Source: Phycisphaerae bacterium (lineage in GTDB: Bacteria; Planctomycetota; Phycisphaerae; UBA1845). Taken from it: DNA of 64,000 nt. Position 1 is the stretch's first letter. Every line of letters starts with the position of its first letter. Below the pieces are notes generated by a model that saw only the letters and a program-made list of their open reading frames with translations, did not search any database and was not told the origin of the DNA. The stretch lies in NCBI GenBank assembly GCA_963666835.2, contig CAXXGO010000006.1, positions 2,176,001 to 2,240,000 on the forward strand. The letters are read 5' to 3'. The position numbers and the translations under genes were made by a program. Below are positions 60,382 to 64,000 of this stretch, piece by piece.

Positions 60382-63300
60382 ATGAAAAGGACGTATCACG
60401 GACGAGATCGAAGCCGCCTGAGGCGCGTGCCGCGGCCTCCGTGCTCGCGGGGGCGACCGGGGATCGCCGGCGTTTTCGAGCATGGGCCATCTGTGCGGCC
60501 TCCGCGTTTGACGGGGCGACCGTGGGGGATGCTTCGGCCTATCGCGGGTGGGATAGCCCTGGCCGTGGGGTTGGGGATGCTGATCACGCTGGCGTTCTTC
60601 CCGCAGGTCGAGGCCCGCACGTCGGAAGGCCCCGAGCTTACCGGGGAAGAGCCGTACGTTGCGGTGGTCGATCCGCGGGACGGCCCCGACCCGGCCGAGC
60701 CGGAGCGGGGAGTGCTGCGGATTCGGGTGGTTACCGACGTCGGAATCCTGTTGATCCACGACGGCGGCGGCACCGCGGAGAATCCCGGCCCACCGGCGGA
60801 GTATGCGGATCAATGGCAGGAGCTTGACGACCCGTATGCACCTGCAGATTCGCTTGAGTACCCGAGCGCGCCGCCGGAGTACGCGGGTCTATGGCAAGAC
60901 CCCGATGACGCGACTGCGTTGGAATCGGAGGACTGGGCCGACGAACCGAGTGCGGAATCCGAAGAGTGGGCCGGTGATCCGGCCGCTTGGGAGGATGAGG
61001 AATGGCCCGCCGAGCCGAGTGCTGCGGATTCCGAGGAGCGGGCTGACGAATCGAGTGCTCTGGAAAGGGGAGAATGGGCCGACGACTCGGCTGCGTTCGA
61101 ATCGGACGAATGGGCCGCTGGCTCCGCCGCCTTCGAACCGGAGCAATGGCCGGCCGACCAAGATGACGTTGACGCGGCAGCCGCCCCCGAGGCGGTCGAC
61201 GGGACGAGCGGCGCGTACGTCGCCCTCTGGCACGATTTCGAGAGCCATCGGCTCTTCGTGTTCGAACGCCCGATCTTCGAGATGTTGGACGTCGGCCATG
61301 CGGTCGTAAACCTCGAGCGCGATCTAGGAATCGACGCGCAGAGCCTGGCCGCCGAGGTCGCGGTAGTCTCCGAGGCGATAGACGCGGCCTGGTCGCAAGA
61401 CGAAGACGCCACCACGTGGGAACGAGCCAGCGTGGAGATGATCGAGTACCTGCTGGCGTTCGACCCCCACGGCCACCCTGACCGAGCAGACCCTCCGCCG
61501 CTACGCCCCTGGAAGAGCATAGAGTGCGACGGGCTCATGCGGCTCGGGGCGCTTGGGTGGCAGGTTCTGTTTTTAGGTGACCTTTCGAATTGTGTTCCAA
61601 CTGGCGGCTGTACGGGACCATGCTGCGACGATCCGGACCCCTGCTGTGGAGACCCGGACCCATGCTGTGGCAGTTCGGACCCTTGCTGCGGCGATCCCGA
61701 CCCATGCTGCGGCAGCTCGGACCCTTGCTGTGGCGATCCGGACCCCTGCTGCGGCAGTTCGGACCCCTGCTGCGGCGATCCCGACCCATGCTGCGGTAGC
61801 TCGGACCCCTGCTGTGGCGCGGACCCGTGCGATCCGGTCTGCGGTAATCCTTGCCTGTGTTTGAGCTGTGACGACGGCAATCCCTGCACGGTTGACACGT
61901 GCGATCCGGATACCGGGTGTAGCCACGAGGACATGTCCTGCGGGAGCGGGAATGGAAGCTGCTGCAACCCGCCTGCGGATTGCTGCAACGGAGTATGCTG
62001 CGCGGTAGGTGGAAGTTGCTGCGGCAGCGGCTGTTGCGACCCAGGCCGGGAGTGCTGCGAAGGCGAAACCACGTGCTGCGCGGTGGGTGGAAGCTGCTGC
62101 AACGACGAATGCTGCAATGGCCCCTGCTGCCAAGGTAATTGCTGCCCAGCGGAGAATTCCTGCTGCGGGAGCAACTGCTGCGCTGCAGGCCGGGAGTGCT
62201 GTGAAGGCGAAACCACGTGCTGTGCGGTGGGTGGAAGCTGCTGCAACGACGAATGCTGCAATGGCCCCTGCTGCCAGGGTAATTGCTGCCCAGCGGAGAA
62301 TTCCTGCTGCGGGAGCAACTGCTGCGTTGCAGGTCGCGAGTGCTGTGAAGGCGAAACCGTGTGCTGCGCGGTGGGCGACGTTTGCTGCGGCGACGAATGT
62401 TGTGATGAGGATCGTTGTTGCGGAAACGGGGAGTGTTGCGCGGAGGAGTGTGAGGAGTGCCTGGACAACGGGTCGCTGTCGGGCGGAGCGGTAAGTGTGG
62501 TACCGCAGGTAGTGTGCATCGGGCAGACGATCACCTTTGCCATCGACGGCGTGGTCGATAGCGGCGGTCTGAAGCGGGTTGATTGCTCCAGCACCATCGA
62601 CCTTCCGGCCGTGGAGCCGAGCTACACGTGGGTGATCACGACGCCGGACTCGACCACGGAAAGCGGCTCGGGTGCGTCGGCCAACGTCACAACCGACCAG
62701 GCCGGAGTCTACTCATGCACCTTCACGGCCACCGCCAACCGCGACTGCCCGCCGGCGGATCTGAACGTCGGTCCGGCGACGAAGCAACTGGCGTTTGCGG
62801 CCGAGCTGACGCTTGACCCCTCGTCAATCTCGGCATTTGCCGGCTGGGGCGGGCCGAACTATAGATACTCGCGGATCACGGTAGAGTGGGACCCGCCCGA
62901 GTGCGAGGGACGCGTGGAAATCGCGGAACTCGAGCCGGCCGGGGATTACGTTCCGCCGAACGACGGATGGGTGACAAAGGATGGCGATCACTGGGTCTAT
63001 GAAGCGTTTGCCGAGCCGCAGGATGCATTATGTCCGGAGGCCGTGCGCGTGTGGGTGGCGGCCTTCCAAGGCGATACGGAGGTGGCTCGCCGGAGTATTC
63101 TCGTGCTCCCGGTGCATACGTTCTGGACGACCGGGCACCAGCACGGCCCAGGCGCCCAGCAGCACCCGCCGGACAACGACGACTTCTGGAACGACTACGA
63201 CTTCCTGCGCTGGAAGTACGCCGCGGTTCACGCGACGACGGGAGGGACTTTCGCCGCTGTAAGGATCAGCAATAATCCCTGCGTTGACTGCCGTACCGGC

Positions 63301-63570
63301 CTGTTTACCTGGGTTTGTGTGCCCGCATGCACGCATGACGATGGAAGTGTCGATTTTGGCACGGGTGCGTTTGCCGGATCCGAGAACAGTGCAGCCAGCA
63401 TGATTGGCCACGAACTCACGCACACAATTGGTGCGACTGAGTGTCAGGCATATACATGGGAGTTCAATAACGATGCCGCTACCGGCATCTTTCCGTGCGA
63501 TGCCGACTATCTTGCAGATGTTGTGCAGAAGCTAAACTGCGAGTGCAGCGGGATTGGGTGTCCGGAGTAG
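60382..63570 (+). CDS. Large exported repeat-rich, Cys-rich protein with an Ig/PKD-like module and C-terminal HExxH domain
   Basis: Hydrophobic N-terminal segment; acidic Trp repeats; CC repeats; CDDGNPCTVDTC; MIGHELTH near C-terminus; start uncertain (60382 or 60529). Confidence 0.8.
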   Translation: MKRTYHGRDRSRLRRVPRPPCSRGRPGIAGVFEHGPSVRPPRLTGRPWGMLRPIAGGIALAVGLGMLITLAFFPQVEARTSEGPELTGEEPYVAVVDPRDGPDPAEPERGVLRIRVVTDVGILLIHDGGGTAENPGPPAEYADQWQELDDPYAPADSLEYPSAPPEYAGLWQDPDDATALESEDWADEPSAESEEWAGDPAAWEDEEWPAEPSAADSEERADESSALERGEWADDSAAFESDEWAAGSAAFEPEQWPADQDDVDAAAAPEAVDGTSGAYVALWHDFESHRLFVFERPIFEMLDVGHAVVNLERDLGIDAQSLAAEVAVVSEAIDAAWSQDEDATTWERASVEMIEYLLAFDPHGHPDRADPPPLRPWKSIECDGLMRLGALGWQVLFLGDLSNCVPTGGCTGPCCDDPDPCCGDPDPCCGSSDPCCGDPDPCCGSSDPCCGDPDPCCGSSDPCCGDPDPCCGSSDPCCGADPCDPVCGNPCLCLSCDDGNPCTVDTCDPDTGCSHEDMSCGSGNGSCCNPPADCCNGVCCAVGGSCCGSGCCDPGRECCEGETTCCAVGGSCCNDECCNGPCCQGNCCPAENSCCGSNCCAAGRECCEGETTCCAVGGSCCNDECCNGPCCQGNCCPAENSCCGSNCCVAGRECCEGETVCCAVGDVCCGDECCDEDRCCGNGECCAEECEECLDNGSLSGGAVSVVPQVVCIGQTITFAIDGVVDSGGLKRVDCSSTIDLPAVEPSYTWVITTPDSTTESGSGASANVTTDQAGVYSCTFTATANRDCPPADLNVGPATKQLAFAAELTLDPSSISAFAGWGGPNYRYSRITVEWDPPECEGRVEIAELEPAGDYVPPNDGWVTKDGDHWVYEAFAEPQDALCPEAVRVWVAAFQGDTEVARRSILVLPVHTFWTTGHQHGPGAQQHPPDNDDFWNDYDFLRWKYAAVHATTGGTFAAVRISNNPCVDCRTGLFTWVCVPACTHDDGSVDFGTGAFAGSENSAASMIGHELTHTIGATECQAYTWEFNNDAATGIFPCDADYLADVVQKLNCECSGIGCPE
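61621..61830 (+). repeat. 21 bp (CCG[DP/SS]DP) coding tandem repeat with 42 bp higher-order period
   Basis: CCGDPDP alternates with CCGSSDP. Confidence 0.9.
62044..62400 (+). repeat. 144 bp (48 aa) Cys-pair repeat: two full copies and one partial
   Basis: Units start at 62044, 62188 and 62332 (GRECCEGET...). Confidence 0.9.
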
Positions 63571-63591
63571 ATCAGACTATTGGAGTCAGCT

Positions 63592-64000
63592 ATGATACGA
63601 GTATCAACATTGCGGAAAGCAACGCTTGCACTGTGTGTGTTTTCTTGCAGCCCACTGTGCGCGTTGGACGTGTGTGTAGCACAAGAGCAAGACGTAGTCT
63701 CTAGTGTTCTTCCCTTGAGTGCGACTCCTGTGCCAACTCCGGGGACTACTATCAGGAAGACGTTTCATTCGACAGTGGAGTGGGAAGGGCAGGAGTACTG
63801 CGCACCTGATGGGGCAACTGTTCTGATGGAGGTGATCACAACGCCCGCAACCGACACAGACACGCGTGCAAAAGCACTTCAGTGTTTGAGCCGGTTGCGA
63901 AGCAGAGAGATTACTTCGCGACTAATAACTTTATACGACGTTCTGGAGAAACGCGAGGAAAGGCTCGGGATTATACGATGCCTGACGCTTTCTGAGGATC
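63592..64000 (+). CDS. Exported protein, possibly HEAT-like (runs off window edge; not in ORF track)
   Basis: GGAG RBS; open frame MIRVSTLRKATLALCVFSC...RAKALQCLSRL...RLGIIRCL to the window end. Confidence 0.65.
   Translation, partial: MIRVSTLRKATLALCVFSCSPLCALDVCVAQEQDVVSSVLPLSATPVPTPGTTIRKTFHSTVEWEGQEYCAPDGATVLMEVITTPATDTDTRAKALQCLSRLRSREITSRLITLYDVLEKREERLGIIRCLTLSED

Noticed and set aside
60810..62597. 595 aa Gln-rich minus-strand ORF
   Set aside because: Mirror of the TGC-TGC Cys repeats on the plus strand.
1..64000. tRNA, rRNA or prophage genes
   Set aside because: None recognised by eye; a tRNAscan/Infernal run would be needed to exclude small RNAs.

Overview
GC-rich bacterial chromosome segment. 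Gene content (PTS-IIA/HTH fusion, GldAFG-DUF4340 ABC module, mcsAB, waaA, Cys-rich exported proteins) suggests a Planctomycetota/Phycisphaerae-like diderm; this is inference. Housekeeping genes: feoAB, aspS, tsaC-LMW phosphatase fusion, rpiB, M16 peptidase, mcsAB, queD, trpE, truD, waaA, acs, dnaE. There is also an Hmc/HybAB-like redox module with a 13-heme cytochrome and a glycosyltransferase cluster. Three accessory regions stand out. (1) An MmeI-like type IIL restriction-modification gene (44058-48164) carries an in-frame IS200/RAYT-like HUH (Y1) transposase domain flanked by inverted palindromic repeats, a second in-frame transposase-free insertion built from the same repeats, and one internal TAG. 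(2) At 4671-8990 a secreted protein ending in an HExxH domain is followed by three paralogous exported proteins, an orphan copy of the HExxH C-terminus and REP-like repeats, resembling a polymorphic toxin/immunity cassette array. (3) At 60382-64000 a repeat-rich, Cys-rich exported protein also ends in an HExxH domain and is followed by a lower-GC exported partner. All calls come from motif reading; no database searches were run, and start codons are best guesses.
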